Origin: an uncultured delta proteobacterium
GTDB lineage: Bacteria; Myxococcota; Myxococcia; Myxococcales; Anaeromyxobacteraceae
Assembly: GCA_963845515.1 (NCBI GenBank)
Contig: CAWJSR010000035.1
Span: forward strand, 1 to 64,000
Length of the DNA: 64,000 nt
Reading direction: 5' to 3'
The stretch's first letter is position 1; each line of letters opens with the position of its first letter. Shown here piece by piece: positions 49,998 through 59,472 of this stretch. The notes under the pieces are model-generated. The model saw only the letters and a program-made list of their open reading frames with translations. It was not told where the DNA came from and made no database searches. The position numbers and the translations under genes were made by a program.

Positions 49998-51639
49998 TCA
50001 GGCCGTCCTGATCGCGGCCGCCCGCTGGAGCCCAAGCTCCTGGATGGCGGTCTCGCGCATCTTGAACTTCTGGATCTTCCCCGAGACGGTCATGGGGAAG
50101 GAGTCGACGAACTTGTAATACCGAGGGATCTTGTAGGTCGCGACCTTGCCGTGACAGTACGCGCGGATCTCCTCCCCCGTGAGCACGGCCCCCGGGCGGA
50201 GCTTCACCCAGGCCATGAGCTCCTCGCCGTACTTCTCGTCCGGGACGCCGATCACCTGGACGTCCGAGACTCCGGGGACGGTGTAGAGGAACTCCTCCAC
50301 CTCGCGCGGGAAGATGTTCTCCCCGCCGCGCAGCACCATGTCCTTGATGCGCCCGACGATGTTGACGTACCCGTCGTCGTCCATCGTGGCCGAGATCCCC
50401 GGTGTGCATCCACCGGCCGTCGTCGATCGCATTGCGCGTCGCGTGCGGGTCGTTCCAATAGCCGAGCATCACCGAGTAGCCCCGCGTGCAGAGCTCGCCC
50501 GTCATCCCGCGCGGGACGACCCGGCCGGTCGTCGGGTCGATCACCTTCACCTCGACGTGCGGGTGGACCGGCCCCACCGTGGAGACGCGCTTCTCCAGCG
50601 GGTCGTCGGTGCGAGACTGCGTCGACACCGGCGCCGTCTCGGTCATGCCGTAGCAGATCGTCACCTCCGGCATGTGCATGTCCTTCTGGACCTTCTTCAT
50701 CACCTCGACTGGGCACGGCGAGCCGGCCATGACCCCCGTGCGGAGCGTCGAGTAGTCGAAGGACGCGAACTCGGGGTGATCGAGCTCGGCGATGAACATG
50801 GTCGGCACGCCGTAGAGCGAGGTGCAGCGCTCGTCCTGGACGGTCTTCATCACAGCGAGCGGCTCGAAGCCCTCGCCGGGGTAGACCATCGCGGCGCCGT
50901 GCGTGGTGCACGCGAAGTTGCCGATCACCTGCCCGAAGCAGTGGTACAGGGGGACCGGGATGCAGACGCGGTCGGCCTCCGTGTACTTGAGGATCTCGCC
51001 GATGAAGTAGCCGTTGTTCAGGACGTTGTGGTGAGAGAGCGTGGCCCCCTTGGGGAAGCCGGTGGTGCCGCTCGTGTACTGGATGTTGATCGGCTCGTCG
51101 AACTGGAGCTCCACCTCCTTGTGGTGCAACTCCTCCTCGGAGAGCCGCAGGGCGTCGGCGTCGAGCTCGTGCCACTCCTCCTCGATCACGACGGTCTGGC
51201 GGAGGTCAGGGCACTTCGACTTCACCTCCCAGACCATCTGGACGTAGTCGGCCCCGCGGAAGCCCCGCGCGAGCACCAGGGTCGAGACCCCGGACTGCTT
51301 CAAGGCGTACTCGAGCTCGTGCGTCCGGTAGGCGGGGTTGATCGTCACCAGGATCGCGCCGATCCGCGCCGTCGCGTACTGCACCACGACCCATTCGAAC
51401 CGGTTTGGCGCCCAGATGCCGACCCGGTCCCCCTTCTTCACGCCGCGGACGAGCAGGGCCCGGGCCACCCGGCCGGTCTGCTGCCAGAACTCGCGGTACG
51501 TCGCGCGGTAGCCCTGGTACGGGACGACGAGCGCGTCGCGGTCCGGGAACCGCTCCGCGGTGCGGCGCAGGTTCTCACCGATGGTCTCGCCCAGCATTGG
51601 CTTCGCGCTGGGGCCGGACACGTAGGACGGGGCTGGCAT
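49998..51639 (-). CDS. AMP-binding acyl-CoA synthetase (ACSF2/YngI-like); frameshift at ~50390
   Basis: [38 protein letters not shown]. Confidence 0.93.
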
Positions 51640-51729
51640 CTGTGGTCGACCTCCCTGGGTGAAAGGGCGCGATCCTAGACCGCAGGCGCCGGCCGGATCC
51701 ACTTCCAAGCCACCGATCGCGCGGGCGCC

Positions 51730-51765
51730 TTGACGCACCTCTACGTTCAGACTATTCTGAACGTA
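51730..51765 (+). promoter_or_regulatory. Sigma70 promoter overlapped by a perfect palindromic operator
   Basis: TTGACG-N17-TATTCT; inverted repeat TACGTTCAGA-CTAT-TCTGAACGTA (51742-51765). Confidence 0.75.
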
Positions 51766-51767
51766 CG

Positions 51768-52310
51768 ATGAGCACGATGAAGCCAGAGAGCCAGGACCGG
51801 TTCGTCGACGCGTGGGGGGCGATGGGGGCCCTCTGGGGGATCAACCGGTCGGTGGCGCGCGTCCACGCGCTCCTGATGGCGAGCGAGGCCCCCGTCTCGC
51901 TCGACGAGATCGCCGAGCGCCTGAACATCTCGAAGGGGAACGCCTCGATGTCGCTGCGCGAGCTGCGCGGTTGGGGCGTGATCCGGCCGGTTCCGGTCGC
52001 GGGGGATCGCCGCGACTTCTACGTCACAGAGCCGGACGTCTGGATCATGTTCTTCCGCATCCTGCACGAGCGGAAGCGCCGTGAGTTCGACCCGGCGGTG
52101 CAGGCCGTCCAGGGGCTGCTCGACGAGGCGGGGGGCTCGGGAGAGGTGCGCGCCCGGCTCGTGCAGATGACCGATCTCCTCGCCACCCTGGATGGGGTGG
52201 CCGGGCGCTTCCTGAAGGATCCGGCGACCTCCCGCGCGGCGCTCTCCGTGGTGGCGAGGCTCACCGTCCCCGGCCTCGGCCGCAAGAAGGCGAAGAGGAA
52301 GCGGGAATAG
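51768..52310 (+). CDS. GbsR/MarR-family transcriptional regulator
   Basis: [52 protein letters not shown]. Confidence 0.92.
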   Translation: MSTMKPESQDRFVDAWGAMGALWGINRSVARVHALLMASEAPVSLDEIAERLNISKGNASMSLRELRGWGVIRPVPVAGDRRDFYVTEPDVWIMFFRILHERKRREFDPAVQAVQGLLDEAGGSGEVRARLVQMTDLLATLDGVAGRFLKDPATSRAALSVVARLTVPGLGRKKAKRKRE

Positions 52311-52362
52311 GCGCGTTGGCGTTGGGCGGCGGCGGGCGGTCACCTTCACCCGAGGAGTCCAC

Positions 52363-53274
52363 ATGTTTCGGTCTTCGCACGCGATCACCGGCGCCTTCGG
52401 CTACAGCGGGCGCGCCATCGCCGCGCGGCTCCTAGCCAGCGGCCTTGCCGTCCGGAACCTCACCGGCCACCCCGACCGCACGGATCCCTTCGGCGGGCGC
52501 GTCGAGGTGCGTCCCCTCCCGTTCGGCGACCCCGCCGCGCTGCGCGGATCGCTCGACGGCGTGCAGGTCCTCTACAACACCTGGTGGGTTCGCTTCGCGC
52601 ACGGTGACCGGAGCCACGAGCGCGCCGTCGCCGCGAGCACCGCCCTCATCGAGGCCGCGCGCGACGCGGGGGTCGAGCGGGTGGTTCACGTGTCGATCAC
52701 GCGCCCATCGCTCGACTCGCCCCTCCCCTACTTCAGCGGGAAGGCGCGCGTGGAGCAGGCCCTGCGCGCCTCCGGCCTCTCCCACGCGATCCTGCGCCCG
52801 GCGGTCTTCTTCGGCGGCCGGGACGTCCTCCTCAACAACATCGCCTGGCTGCTCCGTCGCCTGCCGGTCTTCGGCCTCGTGGGCGGGAGCTACGGCCTGC
52901 GCCCCATCCACGTGGAGGACTTCGCTGCGCTCGCCGTGGCCGAGGGAGAGCGCAGGGGGGACGTCATCCGAGACGCGGTCGGTCCCGATGCGTTCACCTT
53001 CGAGGAGCTGGTCGGGCGAATCCGCAGCGCGGTCGGCTCACGCGCGCGGATCGTCCGCGTCGCGCCGTGGATGCTCCAGGCCGCGTCGGCGGCGCTCGGC
53101 ATGGTGGTCCGCGACGTCCCCCTGACGCGCGACGAGATCGCCGGCCTGACCGGTGGACTCCTCGAGTCCCCCGGCCCGGCGACGGGCGAGGTCCGGCTCG
53201 GCGACTGGCTCGACGAGCACGGCCCGGAGCTGGGGCGCGAGTGGGCGTCGGAGCTGGGGCGGCACTTCGCGTGA
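52363..53274 (+). CDS. NAD(P)-dependent epimerase / NDUFA9-like SDR
   Basis: TGAFGYSG, YFSGK, ILRPAVFFG, PIHVEDFA. Confidence 0.88.
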   Translation: MFRSSHAITGAFGYSGRAIAARLLASGLAVRNLTGHPDRTDPFGGRVEVRPLPFGDPAALRGSLDGVQVLYNTWWVRFAHGDRSHERAVAASTALIEAARDAGVERVVHVSITRPSLDSPLPYFSGKARVEQALRASGLSHAILRPAVFFGGRDVLLNNIAWLLRRLPVFGLVGGSYGLRPIHVEDFAALAVAEGERRGDVIRDAVGPDAFTFEELVGRIRSAVGSRARIVRVAPWMLQAASAALGMVVRDVPLTRDEIAGLTGGLLESPGPATGEVRLGDWLDEHGPELGREWASELGRHFA

Positions 53275-53690
53275 GGGCGCCGATGGGCCGCCGCGCGCGC
53301 ATCGCGCTCGAGCTGCTCGCGCCACCGATGGTGGCGTCCGTCCTCTTCACCGCGATCTTCGCGGTCCTGGACCGGGACGCGGCGGCCTTCGTGGGGCTGC
53401 CGCTGATCCTCGTCTTCGCCTACCTCTTCGCCGGGCTCCCCGCCGCGGCCTTCACCCTCGTCCTGGAGGTCACGTGGGCGAAGGGCGTGGATCCCGGTAG
53501 CTGGCGCGCCGTCGGGATGGCGGCGCTCGCCGGGCTGCCATCCGGCCTCCTCGTCACGCTCTGGTTCGCGCCGTGGGCCCACCCCGGGCCGCTGCCGGGC
53601 TTCGCGATCTTCGGCGCCCTCGGGACGGCGACGGGAGGGATCACGGGGCTCCTCGTCCGGGCGCGAACGCGCTCGCAGAGGGAGTGGTAG
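53271..53690 (+). CDS. Hypothetical four-TM membrane protein
   Basis: GTGA overlap with the upstream gene; four hydrophobic segments. Confidence 0.65.
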   Translation: MRAPMGRRARIALELLAPPMVASVLFTAIFAVLDRDAAAFVGLPLILVFAYLFAGLPAAAFTLVLEVTWAKGVDPGSWRAVGMAALAGLPSGLLVTLWFAPWAHPGPLPGFAIFGALGTATGGITGLLVRARTRSQREW

Positions 53691-53742
53691 GTCGCCCCGT
53701 CGCCCCGCGTCGCCCCGTCGCCCCGCCCCGTCGCCCCGCCCG
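53691..53742. repeat. Five near-tandem GTCGCCCC units upstream of RAYT
   Basis: GTCGCCCC GTCGCCCC GC GTCGCCCC GTCGCCCC GCCCC GTCGCCCC. Confidence 0.8.
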
Positions 53743-53822
53743 AGAGGCCCGTTCCGCGAACCGTGGCTCGTGCCGCGAACGGTCGGCTACAACCGGTCTC
53801 AGTGATTCCGGGAGGTCCAGAC

Positions 53823-53838
53823 AGGCACACCACCTGCT
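53823..53838 (+). promoter_or_regulatory. Putative sigma54 (-24/-12) promoter of RAYT
   Basis: AGGCACACCACCTGCT = GG-N10-GC; predicted +1 about 3 nt before GTG 53852. Confidence 0.4.
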
Positions 53839-53851
53839 CATGCCTGGCGGC

Positions 53852-54748
53852 GTGACTCCCGTCCGACAAGTCCTCAGGGGAAGCACTCACCTCGTCACCC
53901 GCCGCTGCTCTGAGCGCCGCTTCTTCCTGAAGCCCTCACCGCGCACCGAGCAGATCTTCCTGTACGCTCTCGCGCTCGTCGCCGGGCGGTACGGCATCCT
54001 GCTCCACGCCTACTGCGTCCTCTCGAACCATTACCACCTGCTGCTCACCGACCCCCTCGCCAGGCTTCCCGACTTCCAGCGGGACCTCAACTCGCTCCTC
54101 GCCAAGGCGACCAATGCAGCCCTGGGGCGCTGGGATGGCTTCTGGGAGCGCACCAGCTACAGCGCCGTCGCGCTTGTCAGTTCCGCCGATGTCTACGCCA
54201 AGCTCGTCTACGTCCTGGCGAATCCGGTCGCCGCCGGCCTCGTGCGCACCGCAGCCCAATGGCCAGGGCACTGGTCCGACCCTCGCCTCATCGGAGCCGG
54301 GCCTGTCACCATCCAGCGACCGAAGGGATTCTTCGACGAGAAGGGTGACATGCCTGCCTCCGTCGATCTCAAGCTCACCGCTCCTCCTGGATTCGAGAAC
54401 GATCCCGGCTTCGTCGAGCGGCTCCTCGAGTCGCTCCGCGAGGCCGAGGAGTCCGAGGCGGCGAAGCTGGCCGAGGAGGGACGCTCCTTCATGGGTGCCG
54501 CTGCGGTCTGCGCCCAGAGCTTCTTCGCCAGCCCGGCTCCCGGAGAGCCTCGCCGCGTCCTCAGCCCTCAACTCGCCGGCCGCAACAGGCGCAAGCGCAT
54601 CGACGCGCTGCAGCGTCTCGTGGAGTTCAGGGACGCCTACCGCGAGGCGCTCACCGCTTGGCGCAACGGGATGCGCGACGTCCTCTTCCCGCCGGGGACT
54701 TGGCAGATGCGCGTCCTGCACGGCGCAGCCGTCGCAGGCGCGGGCTAG
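53852..54748 (+). mobile_element. REP-associated tyrosine transposase (RAYT; Y1/IS200-like HUH nuclease)
   Basis: HLVTRRC, LHAYCVLSNHYHLLL (HUH), FWER..Y, YVLANPVAAGLV...WP, C-terminal FPPGTW; alternative start ATG 53840. Confidence 0.9.
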
Positions 54749-54968
54749 CATCCCTTTCTCCTTTCACACCACCCGCTCTTGCGGCGTCCGAGACGAGACG
54801 CCGTGCGACCAGGAATGCCTCCACGTCGGCGGCGCCTAGCTTCGCCTGCCCGTGGGGGTCGTGATCTGCCCGTTCGGATCGGTCATTTCGTTCGATTGGC
54901 GCCGGTTAGGGCTGCTGGTTTCATCCCCGCGTGCATCGCTCAGCTTCTCGGCACCCGGGCGTCACCTT

Positions 54969-55028
54969 CCGTCAGCGTTTCCCTTCGGGCGGGGCGCGCC
55001 GTCAGCGTTTCCCTTCGGGCGGGGCGCG
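54969..55028. repeat. Exact 30-bp tandem duplication downstream of RAYT
   Basis: CCGTCAGCGTTTCCCTTCGGGCGGGGCGCG twice, directly abutting the truncated MBL gene. Confidence 0.9.
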
Positions 55029-55030
55029 CA

Positions 55031-55531
55031 CGCTTCGCGCGCCCCCTCGCCGACCGGATCCGCTCGATGGGGGGCGTTCGCTACATGTTCCTCACCCACC
55101 GCGACGACGTCGCCGATCACGCCCGCTGGACGGAGGAGCTCGGCTGCGAGCGGATCCTCCACGCGCGCGACGTGACGCTCGGGACCCGCGCGGTGGAGCG
55201 GAGGATCGAGGGGGACGCGCCGGTGGCGCTCGCCGACGACCTGCTCGCGTACCGGTGCCGGGCCACACCGCCGGATCCCCGGCGCTCCTGTTCCGCGAGA
55301 CGCTGCCTCTTCACCGGCGACCACCTCTGGGGAAACGGGCGCGGCCGGCTCGGCGCGTCGCGCAGCGTCTGCTGGTACGACTGGGGCGAGCAGACCCGAT
55401 CGATGGAGCGGCTGCTCGCGCTCCGCTTCCAGTGGGTCGTGCCAGGCCACGGCCGCCCGTGGCATGCCGCCTCCCCGGAGGCGGCCCGCGCCGAGCTCGC
55501 TGCGCTCGTCGAGGCGATGCGCGCTCGTTGA
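55031..55531 (+). pseudogene. 5'-truncated MBL-fold metallo-hydrolase (homologues normally carry an N-terminal ferredoxin-like part)
   Basis: RFARPL...[12 protein letters not shown], (VPGHT.GS in a shifted frame), FTGDHL, VVPGHG; recognisable homology starts abruptly after the 30-bp repeats. Confidence 0.7.
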
Positions 55532-55535
55532 GCTG

Positions 55536-56377
55536 CTACGGGGCGTCGGTAGGGTCCCAGCTGGTCCGGTATCCCTCGTCGAGCCCGTCGAGCGACCTCC
55601 ATGTCCTCGGCGTCCAGGGCGAACCCGTACAGCTCCGAGTTCTCCCGGATCCGCTCCGCGTGGACCGACTTCGGGATGACCACCAGACCGTGCTGGAGCC
55701 CCCAGCGGAGCAGCACCTGCGCCCCGGTCCGCTGGTGCCTCGCCGCGATCCGCCTGAGGATCGGGTGGTCCATTCGCTGCCCGCGCACGAGCGGCCCGTA
55801 CGCCTCGAGCTGGATGGCGTGGAGCTGGCAGTGCGCGAGGAGCGCGCGCTGGTTCAGGAAGGGGATGGAACTCCACCTGGTTCACCGACGGGGGCACCTT
55901 CGCCTGCGCGAGGAGCTCGTCGAGGTGACGCACGGTGTAGTTGGAGACGCCGATCGCCGCGCGCCTTCCCGTCGGCGAGGATCGTCTCCATCGCGCGCCA
56001 GGTCTCGCCGCGCAGCCCCTCGACCGGCCAGTGGATGAGGTACAGGTCCACGTACTCCAGCCCGAGCTTCCCGAGGCTGTGGTCGAGGGCGCGGATGGCG
56101 CGCCCGTAGCCGTGGTCGTCGTTCCAGAGCTTCGTCGTGACGAACAGCTCACCGCGCGGGATGCCGCTCGCCCGGAGCGCGGCACCCACGTCGGCCTCGT
56201 TCCGGTAGGCCCTCGCCGTGTCCACGTGGCGGTACCCGGCCGCAAGCGCCGTGGCGACCGCGTTTCGCGTCTCGTTCGCCCGGCGCGGACTGCCAGACGC
56301 CGAGGCCGAGCATCGGCATCTCGACGCCGCCTCTCAGCGTCACGGTCGACCCGAGGTGGAGCTCCCTTCGTGTCCAC
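55536..56377 (-). CDS. Aldo/keto reductase (several frameshifts)
   Basis: [57 protein letters not shown] across frames. Confidence 0.85.
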
Positions 56378-56486
56378 GTTGCCTCCAGATGAGGCGATCT
56401 TACGGGAACCGGTGCCGTCCCGCCCGCGGCCGCCTTAGATCCGGGTCATCGGGCACGTGATGATCCCGCCCTTGAAGGAGTGTGTC

Positions 56487-57681
56487 ATGCGCATCGGCGT
56501 GCTTGGTTCCGGCGTGGTCGGGCAGGTGCTTGTCGGACGGGTTCCTCAAGAAGGGGCACGAGGTCACGCGCGGGTCGCGCGAACCCGGCGAAGCTTCAGG
56601 CGTGGGCCACCGCTGCCGGCCCAAAGGCGCATGCCGGCACCTTCGCCGAGGCGGCCCGGTTCGGCGAGCTCGTCGTGATCGCCGTGAAGGGGACGGGAGC
56701 GGTGGCGGCTGCGGAGTCCTGCGCCGGGGCCCTCGCCGGCAAGACGGTCATCGACACCAGCAACCCCATCGCCGACGGGCCGCCGGTGAACGGCGTGATC
56801 CCGTTCTTCACCGGACCGGGCGACTCCCTCCTCGAGCGCTTGCAGGCAAGGGTACCCGCAGCCCACTTCGTAAAGGCCTTCTCCTGCGTCGGCAACGCGC
56901 TCATGATCGACCCGAAGCTGCCGGGCGGGCCCCCGACCATGTTCATCTGCGGGAACGACGACGCTGCGAAGCGCGAGGTCGTCGGCCTGCTGGGTCAGCT
57001 AGGCTGGGAGCACGAGGACCTCGGCGCGGCCGAGGCGGCCCGTGCCATCGAGCCGCTCTGCATGCTCTGGTGCATCCCCGGCTTCCGCCAGAACCGGTGG
57101 AACCACGCGGGAGCTGCTCGGGCCCCGCCCCGCCGCCCGAGCTGGTCCACCACGACGGCGAGACGACCACGATGGTCTTCAAGCAGTCGCAGAACTCCAA
57201 GCCGGTGGCGGCGTGGCTCTGCCAGTTCGATCGCCGCACCGGCCGCTTCTCCGACCTGGTGAAGCGTCGCGGCCTCCGGCCCATCGGCTTCGACCCGCCG
57301 GAGCGCTACTTCTACTTCGCGCGTGGAGGTCTACCCGACCGGCGACGCGCCGAAGACCGGTCCGGTGACCCTCGAGCTGGCGCGCGTCGCGCTGAAAGGC
57401 CTTGCCAGCGACTGGAAGATGACGCTCGAGCTGCCGAAGCGGAAGCAGCCCCCTGGGGCTCCGCGAGCGCCACTTCAGCCCCGACGGCAGCCGGCTCGCC
57501 CTCGTGGAGCACAACGAGCGGAGCTACCCCGCGGCGACGCCGCCCCAGAGCGTCTACGTGATCGACCTCGCGAGCCGGAGGGTCGACGTCTACCCCGGCC
57601 CGTTCTCGCGTACGGCGTGCTTGCATCCCCGGCTTCCGCCAGAACCGGTGGAACCATGCCTTCAAGCTCTTGAAGGGGTGA
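56487..57681 (+). pseudogene. NADPH-dependent F420-reductase-like dinucleotide-binding protein with an interrupted 3' end
   Basis: MRIGVLGSGVVG, IDTSNP, VKAFS, MFICGND, ARAIEPLCMLWCIPG; the apparent native tail FKLLKG* lies after a second repeat copy (57660-57681). Confidence 0.75.
57071..57659. repeat. 35-bp exact (38-bp, one mismatch) direct repeats at 57071-57108 and 57622-57659 flanking a 513-bp insert
   Basis: TGCATCCCCGGCTTCCGCCAGAACCGGTGGAACCA(C/T)GC at both positions. Confidence 0.92.
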
Positions 57682-57843
57682 GAGGCGTCGGCGACGACCC
57701 TTCGCGGGGGCCCCCTCCTGGGACACCTTTCACTCCACGCGACGGGCTTTCTGGAGCTGCCCGAACTAGATGTAAGAGGACAGCGTCGCTGACTCGCAGG
57801 GGCCGGGCATGACCGTCAGGGGAGTGGTGCATGGCGGTAATGA

Positions 57844-59463
57844 TTGACCCGGAGAAGAGCAGCCTGCGTGCGAGCGGCGCCGCGACTGCTTCAAGTCCTG
57901 CGCGTGCTCGCCCGACACAAGTTCCTGGGTGCCTTGCGCGGCAAGGGACACTGGCCATCCCCCAGGGAGGTGCGAGAGACCTTCGAGGAGCTCGGGCTGA
58001 CCTTCATCAAGTTCGGCCAGGTCCTCGCGATGAGGCGCGACCTGCTGCCGGACGCGTACATCAACGAGCTGGAGCTGTTGCACGACCAGCTCCCGGCGCT
58101 CGGCATCGACGCGGTGCGCGCCACGGTCGAAGCCGAGCTGGCAGCCCCGCTGGCGCAGCACTTCGCGTCGTTCAGCGAAGTGCCGCTGGCCGCCGCCACC
58201 ATCGCCCAGGTGCACGAGGCGACCACCGTGGACGGGCGTCACGTCGCGGTGAAGGTGCAGCGGCCCCAGCTCGAGGAGATGATCGCCACGGACATCGCGG
58301 CGCTGAACTACCTGGTGGCGCTGGGGGAACGGTTCTTCCCGCGCCTGCGGGCGCTCGATCTGCCGGTCCTGGTCCGGGAGTTCGCCAACAGCCTGGACCG
58401 GGAGACCGACTTCAGTCACGAGGCTCGCTCCATCACGCTCTTCCGCGCCGCGCTCGCGGACGTTCCCGGCCTCTGGATTCCCGCAGTCGTGACGGAGTGC
58501 TCCAACGGGAACGTGCTCACGATGGAGTTCTCGGCGGGCGAGCGGGTCGACGTCTACGCCAGGGACAATCCGGAGGAGATGCCCCGGCTGATCGCCACCC
58601 TGGTCAGGCTCACCCTGCAGACGATCTTCGAAGAGGGGCTCTTTCACGCCGATCCGCATCCCGGCAACGTCTTCGTGCAGCCCGACGGCCGGCTCTCCTT
58701 GCTGGACTTCGGGATGACGGGCGAGCTCGACGAGCAGATGCGCGAGTCGCTGAAGCTCCTGCTCGAGGCGGTCGTCAAGGGCGATGCCCGGGCCGCCACC
58801 GAGGCCTATCTCGAGCTGGCGCCGCAGGGCAGCGAGAAGGTGAACCGCGCCGCCCTGTCGATGGACATCAAGGCCGTGCTCTACAAGATCCACAGGAGCG
58901 ACCTCGAGGAGGTCTCCATCGGGGACTCGTTCGACTCGCTGCTTCGCGCCGGGAGCCGACACGGGGTCCACAACCCCGGCGAGTTCTTCCTGCTTACCCG
59001 CACGTTCGTCATCCTCGAGTCGATGATCCGGCAGCTCGACCCCGCCCACAGCTACATGGGGTCGTTTCGGGAGGAGATCGCGCGGCTGACCGCGCAGCAC
59101 TTCTCCGTCGAGCGGATCACCGAGAAGACGACCAAGCTGGCGCGCGAGCTGGAGCGGCTCATCCACGATGCGCCCGGCGACACGCGCCGCGTCCTCCGTC
59201 GCATGGCCGAAGGGAACCTGGGGCGACTCCAGGCTCCGGCGATCGAGGCGCTGGGAGGCCGGATCGGCCGCAACGTCGAGCGGCTCACCGGCGCGATCGC
59301 CGCCGCGTCGCTCGTCATCGGCGGCGCGATGCTGACCAGCGCCCCGCTGGAGGGCTGGCACCACTCCCTCGGCGAAGCCATGGTCGGCGGCGGGATCTTC
59401 GGCACCGCCGTCATCGTCATGGGCGTCTTGCGCCCTGACCGGGGGCGCCGTGGCCGGCGCTGA
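57844..59463 (+). CDS. ABC1/AarF/UbiB-family atypical kinase
   Basis: LGLTFIKFGQVL, AAATIAQVH, VAVKVQRP, FHADPHPGN, LDFGM; two C-terminal TMs; start uncertain. Confidence 0.92.
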   Translation: MTRRRAACVRAAPRLLQVLRVLARHKFLGALRGKGHWPSPREVRETFEELGLTFIKFGQVLAMRRDLLPDAYINELELLHDQLPALGIDAVRATVEAELAAPLAQHFASFSEVPLAAATIAQVHEATTVDGRHVAVKVQRPQLEEMIATDIAALNYLVALGERFFPRLRALDLPVLVREFANSLDRETDFSHEARSITLFRAALADVPGLWIPAVVTECSNGNVLTMEFSAGERVDVYARDNPEEMPRLIATLVRLTLQTIFEEGLFHADPHPGNVFVQPDGRLSLLDFGMTGELDEQMRESLKLLLEAVVKGDARAATEAYLELAPQGSEKVNRAALSMDIKAVLYKIHRSDLEEVSIGDSFDSLLRAGSRHGVHNPGEFFLLTRTFVILESMIRQLDPAHSYMGSFREEIARLTAQHFSVERITEKTTKLARELERLIHDAPGDTRRVLRRMAEGNLGRLQAPAIEALGGRIGRNVERLTGAIAAASLVIGGAMLTSAPLEGWHHSLGEAMVGGGIFGTAVIVMGVLRPDRGRRGRR

Positions 59464-59472
59464 AGGTCCACC

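Noticed and set aside
54969..57659. CRISPR-like array from the 30-bp or 35-bp repeats
   Set aside because: Only two copies of each, with spacers of 0 and 513 bp, and no cas genes.
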